Notes under the pieces: generated by a model
Databases searched by the model: none
Told to the model about the DNA's origin: nothing
The model's input: only the letters and a program-made list of their open reading frames with translations
Source: Podarcis tiliguerta
Taxonomy: Eukaryota
Strand: one strand, 5' to 3'
NCBI GenBank assembly: GCA_965153285.1
Contig: OZ229111.1
DNA: 64,000 nt
Shown here: positions 38,301-61,138 of the stretch, in pieces
Layout of the letters: each line of letters begins with the position of its first letter
Position numbering within the stretch: the first letter of the stretch is position 1
Program-made: the position numbers and the translations under genes

Positions 38301-39230
38301 TGTACAAAAGTCAGTTCCCGTGAGAGGCAAAAACAAAACAACCTAGTGCCTTTTTCCCCCCTTTATTATCGTAACTCTTCCTATGTCCAACCAACCTTTT
38401 CTGAGAGTCTCTGTGCAGCTTTCCCCTGTAGTGTTTTGTTTTCAGGGCTATATATACAAAGAAGGGCAGCAAATGACTGGGTGGTGCTTCTGTTTCAAGC
38501 TATGGTGGAGAGGAAAGCCGTCCCAACCAACAGGAGGATTGCACAAGCAACCTAGAGATTTTTACACATGTCAGGCATTATTAAGCAAGGGCAGAGCAAT
38601 CCCTCAGATCTACTGACTGGAAAAGATCAGGATAGGATGGAGCTGTCTTTCTACCAGCAAGGAAAGCATGTGGACATAGATCTATTGCAGGCACAGATTT
38701 CCATAGGCCTATTGCAAGTGGTATTTCTACCAGCAGTAGCTAGTGTTAGGCCCCCAAATGGAGCATTTTAGGGACAGAATGGACTCAGCAGAGGCAAGGC
38801 AGAGGTGGCCTTCAGTCGGCTGAATCCAAAGCCCATACACTCCCTCAAGAGGCCCTGGGATTGGGCCCATTAATCTCCCCACTCTCCAGCTCCTCCAAAA
38901 ATTTTCCAAATAGCGAGAATTAAAGAAAATGGCGATAATTAAAGAAAAAGAATCAGCACTGCTAGATGGAATAATTACATTGCCTACCTTCCACCTTGGA
39001 TGATACACACTGGTACAGCTTTGGAAAAAGTAGATAGTCGTCTACTTTACTCCCTCCACATCCTCATTTAAGATTGCGCTTAGTGAGTTTAAACCATGCA
39101 ATATATGATAATAATAATAGATTGAAGTCAGCAATGTCACCAAATAGTTGTCTTGCAGTAGATGAGAGTGAGATGCATGCTATGCCCGTGTGTGTGTTTT
39201 TTTAAACATGTTTGTGTTCTTTTACAGTGA
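5270..39230 (+). CDS. COL23A1: Collagen type XXIII alpha 1 (transmembrane collagen), 5'-partial, multi-exon, up to ~862 aa encoded within the window
   Basis: Phase-0 AG/GT exons: 5270-5338 (non-collagenous, probably alternative), 8684-8800 [39 protein letters not shown], 9687-9722, 11460-11486, 12640-12684, 22 x 63-nt exons in 13055-16908, 20310-20354, 20981-21058 [26 protein letters not shown], 22618-22671, 23270-23314, 24134-24223, 25407-25496, 26669-26719, 28577-28642, 29769-29795, 31446-31472, 32545-32616, 32722-32775, 33750-33776, 34565-34618, 35343-35429 ...GLDQPCPV, 37541-37579 [13 protein letters not shown], and stop TGA 39228-39230 opening the last exon. The [11 protein letters not shown] and [18 protein letters not shown] motifs match collagen XXIII; synteny with PHYKPL and HNRNPAB agrees. 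Confidence 0.95.
6795..6859 (-). mobile_element. CR1-type LINE 3' tail fragment
   Basis: atagaatcatagaatcatagagttggaagagaccacaagggccatcgagtccaacccc is the reverse complement of a CR1 3' end with an (ATTCTATG)n tail. Confidence 0.7.
8684..8800 (+). CDS. COL23A1: COL23A1 exon (117 nt, Gly-X-Y)
   Basis: tag|GGG GAT CAA...CTT CCT|gtaagg; peptide includes [13 protein letters not shown]. Confidence 0.95.
11320..11350. repeat. (GTTTT)n microsatellite
   Basis: Direct reading. Confidence 0.9.
13055..16908 (+). repeat. COL23A1: Tandem array of 22 exon+intron units (~150-156 bp period), each with a 63-nt collagen exon (consensus [21 protein letters not shown])
   Basis: Exon starts: 13055, 13208, 13362, 13516, 13669, 13822, 13977, 14131, 14282, 14433, 14586, 14738, 14892, 15048, 15203, 15353, 15507, 16057, 16209, 16538, 16692, 16846. 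Each is exactly 63 nt, preceded by (c/t)ag and followed by gtaag (gtggg in copy 13). Confidence 0.95.
18226..18472 (-). mobile_element. MIR/Ther1-derived squamate SINE (Squam3-like)
   Basis: (GAA)n tail, core ctgtgaggtgagtggggctgagaga...cccaaagtcacc, tRNA-like head ctcttaaccactacaccacactg; near-identical to copies at 31729 and 55775. Confidence 0.85.
19007..19155 (-). mobile_element. tRNA-derived SINE with CR1 tail (Squam2-like)
   Basis: CR1-like tail catagaatcctagaactgtagagttggaaggg joined to a tRNA-like head gcgttatcagcaccaggctctaaccaactgagct. Confidence 0.7.
20981..21058 (+). CDS. COL23A1: COL23A1 exon containing the non-collagenous interruption [15 protein letters not shown]
   Basis: tgtag|GGT CCT CCA...CTC AAG|gtaacc, 78 nt. 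Confidence 0.96.
24134..25496 (+). CDS. COL23A1: Duplicated 90-nt COL23A1 exon pair (24134-24223 and 25407-25496)
   Basis: [30 protein letters not shown] and [30 protein letters not shown]; both followed by gtatgtctgt(t/c)ttcaa. Confidence 0.88.
27159..28435. mobile_element. Non-autonomous Tc1/mariner-superfamily TIR element with an internal 119-bp tandem array
   Basis: TA|CCGTATTTTTCGCCCTATAGGACGCAC ... GTGCGTCCTATGGGGCGAAAAATACGG|TA (27-bp TIR with 1 mismatch, TA target duplication); no transposase ORF. Confidence 0.9.
27285..28340. repeat. ~9 copies of a GC/CpG-rich 119-bp minisatellite unit inside the TIR element
   Basis: gagaccttgcc recurs at about 27303, 27422, 27541, 27660, 27779, 27908, 28027, 28146 and 28265. 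Confidence 0.92.
29769..31472 (+). CDS. COL23A1: Duplicated 27-nt COL23A1 exon pair (29769-29795 and 31446-31472), both GPQGIQGHK
   Basis: Both are ag|GGT...AAG|gtg(a/g)gt; identical peptide with 5 synonymous differences. Confidence 0.85.
30115..30343. mobile_element. Fold-back element (possibly Penelope-derived) with 42-bp inverted arms
   Basis: 30115-30156 and 30302-30343 are reverse complements with 2 mismatches; the spacer holds an AT-rich LINE-tail-like fragment. Confidence 0.7.
31729..31981 (+). mobile_element. MIR/Ther1-derived squamate SINE (Squam3-like)
   Basis: gagccagtgtggtgtagtggttaagagc (A box)...gggttcgtgtctcc (B box)...(CTT)n tail. Confidence 0.88.
34175..34298 (+). pseudogene. 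Dead partial duplicate of the 3' half of COL23A1 exon 32545-32616 plus its downstream intron
   Basis: aaggtgaaagaggtgtccctgggccacat-atgagta...tccttgtgcttcatcag aligns to 32588-32660; donor GT is AT at 34204-34205 and the 5' half of the exon is missing. Confidence 0.8.
37541..37579 (+). CDS. COL23A1: COL23A1 last amino-acid-coding exon [13 protein letters not shown]
   Basis: tgcag|GGA CCA GAT...CAC AAG|gtatcg. Confidence 0.96.
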
Positions 39231-42200
39231 TCCTCCAAGCATGGACTGTGTAAATAATAGTGTGATATATTTTGATCTTTTTTCTAATTTTTATACAAAA
39301 AAGAGGGGGGAAGTCACAAAAAAACAATAACTCTTCAACAGTAATATATTGATCTTTTTATACTGGATGCTTTCATGTATGGATTTTAAAAGATATAAAC
39401 GTTTCCAAGGCCCATAGGACAAGCGTACATAACCAATAACTATTTTAGAACTGGACACTCTGAAATAATTGGGAATGATTGTTACTTGCTGCTAACGCTA
39501 CCGTGTGGAATAACAGCACTGAGAAACTGTGCCTTGTGTGCCTTATTGCATGGGAGAAGGAACTTCCCCTCTTCTCAACCAATGGCTTTCAACTCTGCAA
39601 TTCTGTTGCACATAGCCGCAGATAGAAATGGAGGAGAAAATGAAAAAGAAAAAGAAGTTGCAGCCTTAGAAATGAGACAAACGGTGGCTTGCGGATGAAT
39701 GTAGGAGGAACCTCCAACCCGGAAATACAACACAAACGTAACCACACATGCTGCTACATACCTCCACCTTGAAGAAAACAGTTACGTTCTTGGTCGTTAT
39801 GATCACCTCTGTCACCTGTGGCAGCTTTTTCCACATGTAGAAAACTTTGTCGCCGGGAGAACCTCTGCTTATCATTCTACAATCTGTGACTTAAAGCGGG
39901 TTGATTCTCTTCGGGAACTTTTGTAATTACTGCGGAATTGGAAAAACTTGTAGTGCCTCACATATCATACAGATCACACACAAACACACAGAGGAAACAG
40001 TACAATATTCATCTCAGTTTTACAGATTTGCAGCATAACACCAGTGCTGATTAAAACCTCTTCCACAGCCACAGTCCATGAGTGCCAGCTCATGTTTGCA
40101 AACTGGGAAGGGATTCCTGTATGAAGTCCAGTGCTTGCTTCCCTGAATTGGCAGGGCTTGCCATATCAGTACTGATAAACTGGAGCTCTGTTTTTGTACT
40201 TTGCTCTCCCACTCCCATATGCAGAACCAAGTACATAACTCAAGGAGGAGTATCTTCATTGGTGTGTAAGCACCTCCCAAATAAAACTACCTATGGTCAG
40301 AAGCACAGGAGTTCAATAATAGCATCAGTGGTTGTTTGGTCACTTGGTCATGGAAACAACTCTTTCAGTTTCAGTTCTTCAAAGTAAAGGTGTCTAGGAG
40401 AATCTCCATATTTTATGCAGCAAACAAAGGTGTACCAGTGTTACATCAGTGACCCCTTACAGCAAAGCATAAAGTGAGAACAGGGACATTTCTTTAGTGT
40501 GCCTGAGAACTTCTGGCCAAATCCAAACACAATGGCTACAAAAAGCATGGAACTCTAGCAGTTGATTGGAAAGCAGCTAGTCCCAGTGGATTGTGGGTAT
40601 GAGCACAAATAAGAGGAGAAAATACTGCTGGTGGAGGATCCTGCATATTTACCATTGGTATATTGAACAATAGCTTACTAATTTCAAGAACCTAAGCATG
40701 TCCACACATAGCCTACCTTGAACCTCTATTTGTAGCAATAAGCAATTTCATTTCAAGCAGCACAGCCAAAGCTGTTCACCCATTTATGCAACTATATAAT
40801 GTTCTATACCCCTCCCCTTGTTGTTGTACTGCCAATGGGATCACATACACACAGTTTGTTTACATCCCCACAGGGATGGGGAGCCATTCAGATGTTGCTG
40901 GACTGCAACCAAGTCATCTCAGGTTAGGGCTGATGGGGGCTGGAGTCCAACAGCATCTGGAAGGATACAGGTTAGCTTCCACCGGTTTGCTTCCTCGGCC
41001 AAACACCACACTGGAGAAACTCTTCACGCTCCACGTTTCGAATCTTTTATTTAAAAGGCCATGTTAACTAAAATGTTTTCACAAGCATACAATGAGTATA
41101 GAAAGGTTATGGCAATGATGTTTTGATGCTGGGTAGATCCAGGAGCATCCAGGGGGCATGCTACCTAAGAAGTAAGGGCTACAAAACATGTTAGGTAGAA
41201 GTATATTGCTTGGAAGGTACTGAGGTAAATAGGGAGAGCAGCAGAAGTGGAGTTAATGGCTCCTGACTCTGAAGAGCACCAGTGTCTTCCATGGGGCAAG
41301 AAAAAGTTCATCTGGTCCTGCTGGTCTGACCACTGTGATAGCAGAAGCTGTTTGCCTTGGTCCTCTCTCCGCCTCACAGCTGTTAAAAGCACAGCAGTTC
41401 TCTGTGAGTTGGCAAGCATAGTTGGGAGCAGCTGCAGAACTGACTGAGCAATGTCGGCCCGTGGAAAGAGGTTACAGCTTCATGGAAGCATTAGAACCCT
41501 TTCGCCTCTGAACATTTAGCTAATGCCTAATATGACAGTTTCCTCAGCGTCATGTTTGTTTGAACACCAGCAAGCAGTGACAGTGATCAACTAGGCACAA
41601 AACTATGATGAAAGCTCATGTTTATAGGAACCAAGGGACATAATACTTCGTGGTTTGAACAAAACCTAGGAAGCCTGCATTTCCCTCTCCCGTTTTATTT
41701 TGGTGCTAATTGGCTTCATCCTAATTCAGAGTTTAAGCCCTCATTCCCAGAGATGGGGTGTAATTCTATTCCAAAGTGCTGGTTCGCGTTACTGATCAGA
41801 ATTCACGTGTGTAAGGATGGCATGGTGCTTTCCGTTAGCGTAAGGTAGAAGAGGGGTTCTGGATGCTATCCTCTGAATCTTTAGCAATAATGTATATTAT
41901 TTCTATTATTACTACTTGTAAAGTCTTCTAGAAAAACTGCAGTTAATGCTTTAAACAGTGTACAATTCTTCACATGGTAGAAGATGCATACTATACACAC
42001 AAAAATAGACTATAAAGTTAACATTGCTTCACTTGTTAACTACTTGGGTTACATATAAGATAGCTTTATTGTATGATTTCTGATGTCCATATGGCATTTT
42101 GCTCGGTAATGATATTAGACTGTTGTGTAAATGAAGATAAACTACACTGACTTAAGAAAGAAATTAGATACTTTAAATTGTCAATTAAAATGCTGTAACC

Positions 42201-45200
42201 TTCCATACAAAAGACTAGCTTTCAAGGCTTCCTTGAAAGTCAAACAGCTGTGTGCATAGCTTCGTTTTCTGCATGTAATACTCTTTTACAGGTGGCAAAA
42301 ACCAGTGGCAAGTCCATGGGCAGCAAAATCAACTCTCTTCTTCCTAGTCTACAGCATATCATTTCCTCCAAATCTTATCTCCTGGCAAAATATTTCCCTG
42401 CAATCTGTAGTGTTTGCTGAGTACACTGTACATCTATCTAACTGCCATTCTGTTAATGTCATCCTTAGTAAAAGGAAAGGAAGAAAAAGGTTGGAGCATG
42501 TATGTCGTAGTGTGACAATAGTAATAATGCACAATTATAGCCCCAATCAAGACAGATGCAGGTGGACCGGCTGCTTTAAATCCTCTCCCCCCCCCCAACT
42601 CCCATTTTTGTGCCAAATCCCCTCAGTTTTCAATTTTGGAAGTTCAGTTAGTAATTTACTGGCTTTGGCAGGGAGGGAAAAGTTTCTGTGAGTGAACACT
42701 CAAAAAAAGGCCACATTCATCCATGCCCTTCTGGATAACTGCTTATGAAATTTAATACTGGCTATACTATTCTTTTCTTTTTTGAGAAAATAGACAAATT
42801 ACTTCTTCATCATTCTCTCTTATTAACAGCTGTCAGTGGCAGCACTGGAAAAACAAAATCCAGAAGAAATATTTAAAAGTACTTTTCATTTCTGAACTCT
42901 CTTTAAAAAAACAACTCATTAGTGCCACAATAAAATATATTTATGCAAGAAGTGGGCACACACAAGTGGAGACAGATACATTGTTCGTTAGCACATTAAA
43001 CCCATTTTTGTTTGTGAGTCCTTGGCAAACTGTTCCGTGATAACATATTTGTAAAGAAAGAGCAACCTTCAGCAACAGTTATTTCTTCAGTTGCAGACAG
43101 CACCAAAGTGAGACTCTTTATAAAATGGGACTCCGCATCATCTATTGTTAGCAACTGCATATTTTTCTTTCCCTTCCTCCAAGAAGGTCTAAGTGATTTG
43201 GAAATATCTATAATAAGTAATTTAAAAGAACACATAGCATTATCTCATTCAGTCCACATAACAACTTTATGAGGCATAGGTGCCAACTCCCCGGGGCCTT
43301 GGGTGCCTGAGCACCCACAAAATTCCCCATAAAGGGGCAGGGAACCCACAAATTTTGGTGCCAGGGCCACATGCACATTGCATGGCACCCATGGTCAAGG
43401 GGCTAAGTTGGCACTCCTGTTATGAGGTAAGTTAAAGGATTGTGAGTTGCCCAAGACCTGCTCCTAAGCTTCATAGTTCAAACCTAAGTCTATACCACAT
43501 GGAATGCATGTCAGAGTGAATTCACTGAATATATTAGCAATGGGACTCCTGTATAGGATGCTTCAGAACTGCATATTTTGTCTACATATCATTTATTTTG
43601 GTGGTGGCAGCAGGTACTGGCCTGGTTCAAAAGTCATGCTATTCCCCTCCCTCTCTTCCCTTTGTCCTCCAGCACAGCTGCAAGGAAGAATCAGAAGCTT
43701 TGCTTCTGCATTAAATTTCTACACACCAGCACCAAGATACAGTAATTTGATCCATTTCTGTTCAGTTAAAGACATACTTCAGATCAGGAGTGGGGAGCCT
43801 TTGGCTCTCCAGATGTTCCTGAACTACAGCTCCCACCATCCCTAGCCATTGGCAGTGCTTACTAGGGCTGATGGGAGTTGTAGTTCTACATCTGAAAAGC
43901 CAAAGATCCTGTAACTCCTGCTTTAGATACTCATTTAAAATGCTTATCGGCATCACCTTTTGTAGCATTGGGAATTGTGGGAAATAACAGCTTTAAAGCC
44001 CTGAAAGGAATTCGGTAATTCCTTTTTAATAGAAATGCTCTATTTACAGTGCCTAAGTACCAATTAAAATCACCAAATCACTACTAGCAATCAGAATAGT
44101 AGTGATTTGGGTTTTTTAATCAGCACAGTATTTTTAAAAATTGAAGATTATCAACATGGCTTCTTTATATAAGAGGACATTGATATGCTTTCAAAAGCAC
44201 CAATCTGTGTAGTATGTGAAATAAAGACAATTTTGTTTTACGCTTTAAATTGCTCTTATTTTGAATGGAAATATAAAGAATAGCCACCATTCAATATTTT
44301 AACTACATGTTTTCAGTTTTTGATAATTTTCTAATTTTTCAATTTGATACCTTTAAAAAGTGAAGGTTTGCACTATATGGTACTAAAACCCTTCCATAAT
44401 TTGATTTCAAACGGCTAGTTTTCATTTTCTAGGTGGGTTTGATTTCCAAAGATATATCCAGCAAAGTGATTGATCAGTATCAGGATACAATAATTGAACA
44501 TTTATTCACTATTGCCTCCTAAGCAATGTGTTTTTGCATGCTGAATAAACTGCATTCACATATAGTGTTCATTTGGCAAAGCAGACAGTTGAATTGGAAA
44601 GCATTCCTAAGAGTCAGAAGTTGACCTTGATTTTATTGTTACATTTTAGGTGGGGTGTGAAGTGCACATTTCTGCCAAGTTGAAATTATAATTGAAATCA
44701 GTGTAATCAGTAGGCAGAATCTAATCAAAATTAAATGGTAGAGTTAAGCAGAATGGACAGGCTTAAATCTCTTCCACTTAAAGAGATGGAACTTGAAAGT
44801 ATTTCACATCTGCTATATCATGCTGTGTTTATCTCAATAGAATGTTGTGCCACAGAACTGAAAAACAACACTGTCAACGTTTCCAGCCTACTTCTAAATT
44901 GGCATTTTGAATATATATTTCTGCAACTATAAATATAGTTTGGCTCTGCCTCTTGTTTATTTCAATGTTTTGCTGTAAAAAAAAAAGTGCAGTAATAGTA
45001 GTTTAAACCCACTGATGCCCAAGTTGCTCAAGTTTTAAGACAAATTACTGCTACCCATTGCACAGGCAGAAGCTGAACTACAGTGAACAATGTAATTCCC
45101 TGCTCAATATACAGTAAGATTTTGCTAACTTGCTTGTATGCCTTGCAAAAACTAGAGCATGCTTCTACAGCCCCGGTCAGCAGTTTCCCTACAGGCCACT

Positions 45201-46110
45201 TAAGAGTGGGGAAGGAAGCAACGGCTATCAAGTTTTGTTGTCACAGATGCCACTTTCTGCATACCCCTTTCACCTCTACATTGACAACTGCAATATCTGT
45301 CAGGGGCCTGGATTTGGCCCATGTGCCTCCACTTGCTGCCCCGTTTTACAGTGTGCTGAGCACCTACAGTAACTCTGTATCAGAATGAGTCCTAGTAAAT
45401 CAAGTGCCCTTGACTTCAAGTGAGAGCACAGGACAATCCCCCCAAAAAAGCAGTTGGACTGCGTATCTTCTACTTTTTAAGTGAGATTCTAAGCAAAGAT
45501 CAACATAATACAACTTGTGTTTTATATTCAGTAAAACTCTTATTCAGGAAGTATATCTAGAAGCTGTATGAATGTGCGAATGAAGGGGTTGACAGACTCA
45601 TAATTACCAAGGTAGTGTCCGGTATTACAAACTGCACATAGAAGTCTCCTTTTCATGCAAGTAATCTCATTCAGTAACTAAGAAGTAAAAGGGCTTTGAG
45701 AATTATGCCTCTTTCATGAAGAATTTTGTGGAATGTATTTTACATGCTTTATAATGAAAAACTCTTCTGAGCTTCAATAAAATGTACGGTATAGCTTAAA
45801 GTTGGAAGGGAATATTTATGCGACATGTTTAGTTGTCATTGATTACAACTTTATGTAAAATTTCTAACACGTACAAGCCAGAACAACTGCTATATTTAGT
45901 TGTACTATGGGGGAACAACTATTTTTAAAATGAAGGCATTAATACAGTATTATGAATTATTGAATAAAAATATAGACTTGTACTGATCTGTTTTGTAAAT
46001 TTTACAACAGGCACTGCACAGTTTGGCAGTGTTCCCATTGTTTTGTGCTTTGATTTGTAGTAAGACTTGATATTTGAACCATTTTAGAATAAACTGCTTC
46101 TTGTACAGAT
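39228..46110 (+). other. COL23A1: COL23A1 terminal exon: TGA stop plus putative long 3' UTR (end uncertain)
   Basis: ttttacag|TGA at 39228; AT-rich sequence follows, with AATAAA at 45776, 45963 and 46088 just before the PHYKPL CpG island; earlier poly(A) sites cannot be excluded. Confidence 0.55.
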
Positions 46111-47306
46111 TGTCTTTACTATGTTGTGAATTATATACCTGCAACATTCCTAACCAGAGCTATAAAACAATCAAAAGCATTTGAATTCAAATTAGCTTCA
46201 TTATTTTTTGAAATTAAAGTAAGTTGTTCCATTAATCAGACCAATAGTTTTAAAAACAGTTACTTAAAAATAGTCCCATTACAAAAACAAAAACAAACTG
46301 GAATTATTCCAATTCATTTTCTTACTAATAGTCTCACCTTACTCTTACTTTCAAATACATGTTTGGAATGCCCACTGTCAGAATCCAAAACAGATTTACA
46401 TTGGATTGTATAAAGAATACACACACACACTCACACACTCACACATATATATATATATGAATGAACTGGAAAGCTTTGCACAGAAAATATATTTGACAAG
46501 GTCAGATAAACATTTGATGAGCGGACAAACATTAATATTCTCTGAAACTTTCGGCTCAACATGTTAAGAGCCTTCCATGTTAACTCCAGCTCCAAAATGC
46601 CAGAAAATTAACTGGAGAATGAAGCGCTGCAAGGACAAGGGCACCTGCTTCTTGGACACAGCAATTCAACGGGTGGAGCGCTTCCCGGCACGCCAATGCT
46701 GGTGAGGGGAAAGCATCGCCCATTGAATCGCGCCGGGTTGGGAACCCCACCTACTAAACTGCTTCATTGCGAGGCTCTTAAGCGGCTTCTGACGCTGCCC
46801 TCGCGAGAGCCGCAGAATCTACTCTGGGTTTCGCCACCTGCAGCCCAGCCGAGGAAGTTCCACCGCGCGCCCACCAGGGGGCATTGCAGAATCCCGGCTG
46901 CTCAGGCCAGACGCGGGAGCGGATTTCTCGCTTCCGTTCGTGCACGGAGCGGGCCGGTGAATTCTCGGTTATCATGGACCCCCCCCCAAGCTGCGCCTTT
47001 TAGATAACAGGCTGCATTGGCTTGGGGGGGGCGAGGGGGGAACGCAAAAAGATAACATTTCACACAAGAGAATAGAAAACGGAAAGTGCCTCAGCTTCCT
47101 CTCTTTGCCGGGGCGGAGAAACCGCTGCCCAGCCCTATCCCCCCCCCCCACTGTCTCCTATAGGCAGCTCTCACTTCCGCCTCCCCTAGCAGGGGAAGAG
47201 CCTCACAAGGAACCCGGAAAGCCTTCCTCCAGGAAAACCAGCTTGCCCCTAAGTGACATCTTCATCCTATCTCTACGGTTCCTTTTCCCCACACTCCTGG
47301 GCAGCC

Positions 47307-58087
<10,781 letters not shown>

Positions 58088-58327
58088 AGAAAGTTCACTT
58101 CCACTACCTTCATATGGTAAGTATTCAGGTAATCTGATGATAAAAAAAGAGTCAAATACTCCATGAAGGAATCCAGTCAATTCATTAATCTAAATACACA
58201 ATGAATGTACACAATTATATCCTAGCAATGTATAATCTACAATAAGCATGTTATTACAAAGTATTAAGGAAACTTTCACTGAGCTTTGAAATGTGGATAT
58301 TTAATTCTTTCATTCCATCTCTTACAG

Positions 58328-58670
58328 GTTACAGACATGGTGCTGAATTCTACCATGTTTCTAATATATTTTACTTAAGCTACAATACCAAAAATACTAC
58401 CTTTTCCAAACTACAATTATTAAATTTATTGTCTTTGTTGTAATACTGATAGTACATAAGTTCAAAGCTCTACAGATGTTATCTGTTAATCCAACTCTTC
58501 ATGCAGTGGAGTAAAAATCAATTGATTTATCCAGAAAACAAACTGCTTTATTGGTTACAGAACCTAAACCACAACTTACACCCATTTCTGTTTATATTAT
58601 AAAATTAGCACTTTCCAGTCATTTGTGGGCATGTTTTCTTCCTTCCTAACAATAAAGTAAGCAGCAGCTA
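58328..58670 (+). other. PHYKPL: Putative non-coding last exon (3' UTR) of PHYKPL
   Basis: Donor atg|gtaagt after 58116, acceptor ctcttacag|g at 58327/58328; candidate poly(A) signals ATTAAA 58419 and AATAAA 58651. Confidence 0.6.
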
Positions 58671-60951
58671 AAGTTAGCAAAGCTTATACCTAAACATACG
58701 AACATTTTAATTATGTGGGAATCTTTTCTAAGTTTTGTAGGGATGAGCATTTCAGAGAAAAAATATTTTTTCCAAATGTTTTCAACAAGCAATTTTACAT
58801 GGAAAGTGTTTACCTACCATCAAATCCATGTTATATTTTTCATTCAGGATCAAAGGGAGGTACTAAAGTACTATTAAAACAGATAGCAGATTTGGCTATG
58901 CTAATAAAAAATAACAGTTCATTCTTTAAGAAAAAAGTTTTACTTTTAGAGGACATAGATTTAGGAGCTACCCACCTACATTATTTAGAACTAATTTGCT
59001 GGTTGAAATTTTACTGTGTCCCTATCAGCAGTGACCTTATTTCATAGTATCTCTTCAGACTGCTGGCTCCTAGTGCACCAGTTACGGAAAGACAATTTTG
59101 AGCATGCTTTTTAGATTTTCTTTAGATGCAGTTACCTAAATTTCTATCTTTAAAAATAATACGCTAAAAAGTGTTTTAAAATTCAACTTGCTATCATTTA
59201 ACCCGCACTAATACAATAAAATGGTGCTGACCAGAACCACAGCAGTAAACATGCCAAAGCACAGATGCATGGCAACAAATTCACATCCCGATGTGTCAAG
59301 ACCATGTCCCTCTCTCTCAAAAAAGGCAAAAGCTACACCAAGCCACACATGGATCTGCACTACTTTTCCATTCTTTGCACATGAAAACATAGGAGAGAAA
59401 AAACACAGGATGCCAACAATTTGACATCATTTTGCCCCGTAAGAACTCAGTGAATGGAAGAGTATGGAACAATCCATAATTGCATGATGCAGAGGCCCAC
59501 CACACAGGAGGTTAAGTGGAGGAAGAAAACCCCAGAGCAGTGCCTCATGATAGTTGAGACAACCTGCTTTTGGGTCAGTAGGGTTTGCTTACAGAAGCCT
59601 TTAACTTTTTCATGGGACAATTTAGAAATGAACAGATTACATTTAGCTATAAAAAGGCTAAATCACAGTCTTTTCTTTCAGGCTCTGTTCACTGCAACCA
59701 CTCATGCTTTGACAAGCAAACTATGGGGGTCTATGAAAATGGTTAAAAAAAAACAAACACCAAGTAACTAGAGCTATGCTACATTCAGCAGCCATGAACT
59801 TTAATATTTAGGCCTAATTTGGGTCTCCTAAGATCTGCGCTTCGAAAATAAAATCAGTTTACAGATTGGTGCATCTTTACTCATAGTTGGCAACATACTT
59901 TTAAACCATAGCTAATGCTAACCAAAATTTAAAGCCGATGTCAGAACCAAAGTTAACACTAAATATGCTCAATGGTGAAAGAGGAAGCATTTGTATTAAG
60001 AGGAAAACACAATCTCTCACAGCCTTCCCATTACCTTAATTATGATTCAGCAGCAGGCTACAGCAGCGCTATGTTGCTTTGCATTCAATACAGCATATTT
60101 TAAATACCATGAGAGTTGAGGCAGCTTAGCATGCTGTAAAATGTGAAAAGGTTCTCCTTCTACAAAGTCCAGGCCATACTAGTTGATCTAATTTTTGCTA
60201 AAATAATACAAATTGAAGGCTGCTATAAGATAGAAAGTAGAAACAAAAGTAGTACTGAAAATCCAACTTTTTAGGCATCTTTAATATTATCTTAGCATTT
60301 TTAGCATTAAATGCTTAAATTCTAAACAATAGTTAATAAAGCACACAAGAGCACAAAGCCAGGCAGGTTGACAGTTTTAAGTGTGGTCTGTTATTTATCT
60401 ACTTGAGCCTACTGGGTGGTTCAGACAGAATGTACATACTACATGAGATGCTGGAGGGCGAGGTTGTATATATAGTACTAAGCATGTTTCCCAATTTCTA
60501 AAAGCAGCTCAAGTGAGCTCAAATATACAACAAAATCAGACTTTGATGTGGCAAACATGTCTAACATTTTCTTGCGTGTGTAAATACAGCCTTGAGCCTC
60601 ACACTGGTTTAAATGTCTAATTTTACAAGTAGATTCCTATTCCCCTAATTCCTACTCAAGCCAATCAGATGCAGTTATCCAATAAGTCCATGCATTTGCC
60701 TGAAAGCATCTCAACACCTATTCTGATTACCATTTCTTTCTTAGCTTTCCAATACATACTACTTTGAATCCATAACTGTTTAACCAAACTCACTGATCAC
60801 TCATCAATTTTAGGGTTAGAACATGTTCCAAATCTGAACCCTGAAATTTATGCACCAGCCACCATCATTTCTACTGAAATTCTAGTAGGCGTTTCCCCTG
60901 AGCTACAATAGGATAGCTGGAATAATGGCACAGGATACTAGATTATGCTTT

Positions 60952-61138
60952 TTTATTCAAAAGCTAAGATAGCATCAATATCCATGTCATGGTGAATCAG
61001 AACACATGTAAAATACCTTACAATACATTAGATTCCAAAAAGGTACCAAAAAGTACAGTAAAATTAACACTTCCATTAGAGGAAATGTATGACACAAAAC
61101 CAATACAAAATAAAAAGGTGGAAAGTGACACTGGTTCC
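60952..61138 (-). promoter_or_regulatory. HNRNPAB: hnRNP D/DL/AB-type 3' UTR element with splice-site-like borders, and proximal poly(A) signal
   Basis: Minus strand reads ttttag|GGAACCAGTGTCAC...GGAAGTGTTAATTTTACTGTACTTTTTGGTACCTTTTTGGAATCTAATGTATTGTAAG|gtattt (61138-61017); AATAAA at 60957-60952. Confidence 0.7.
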
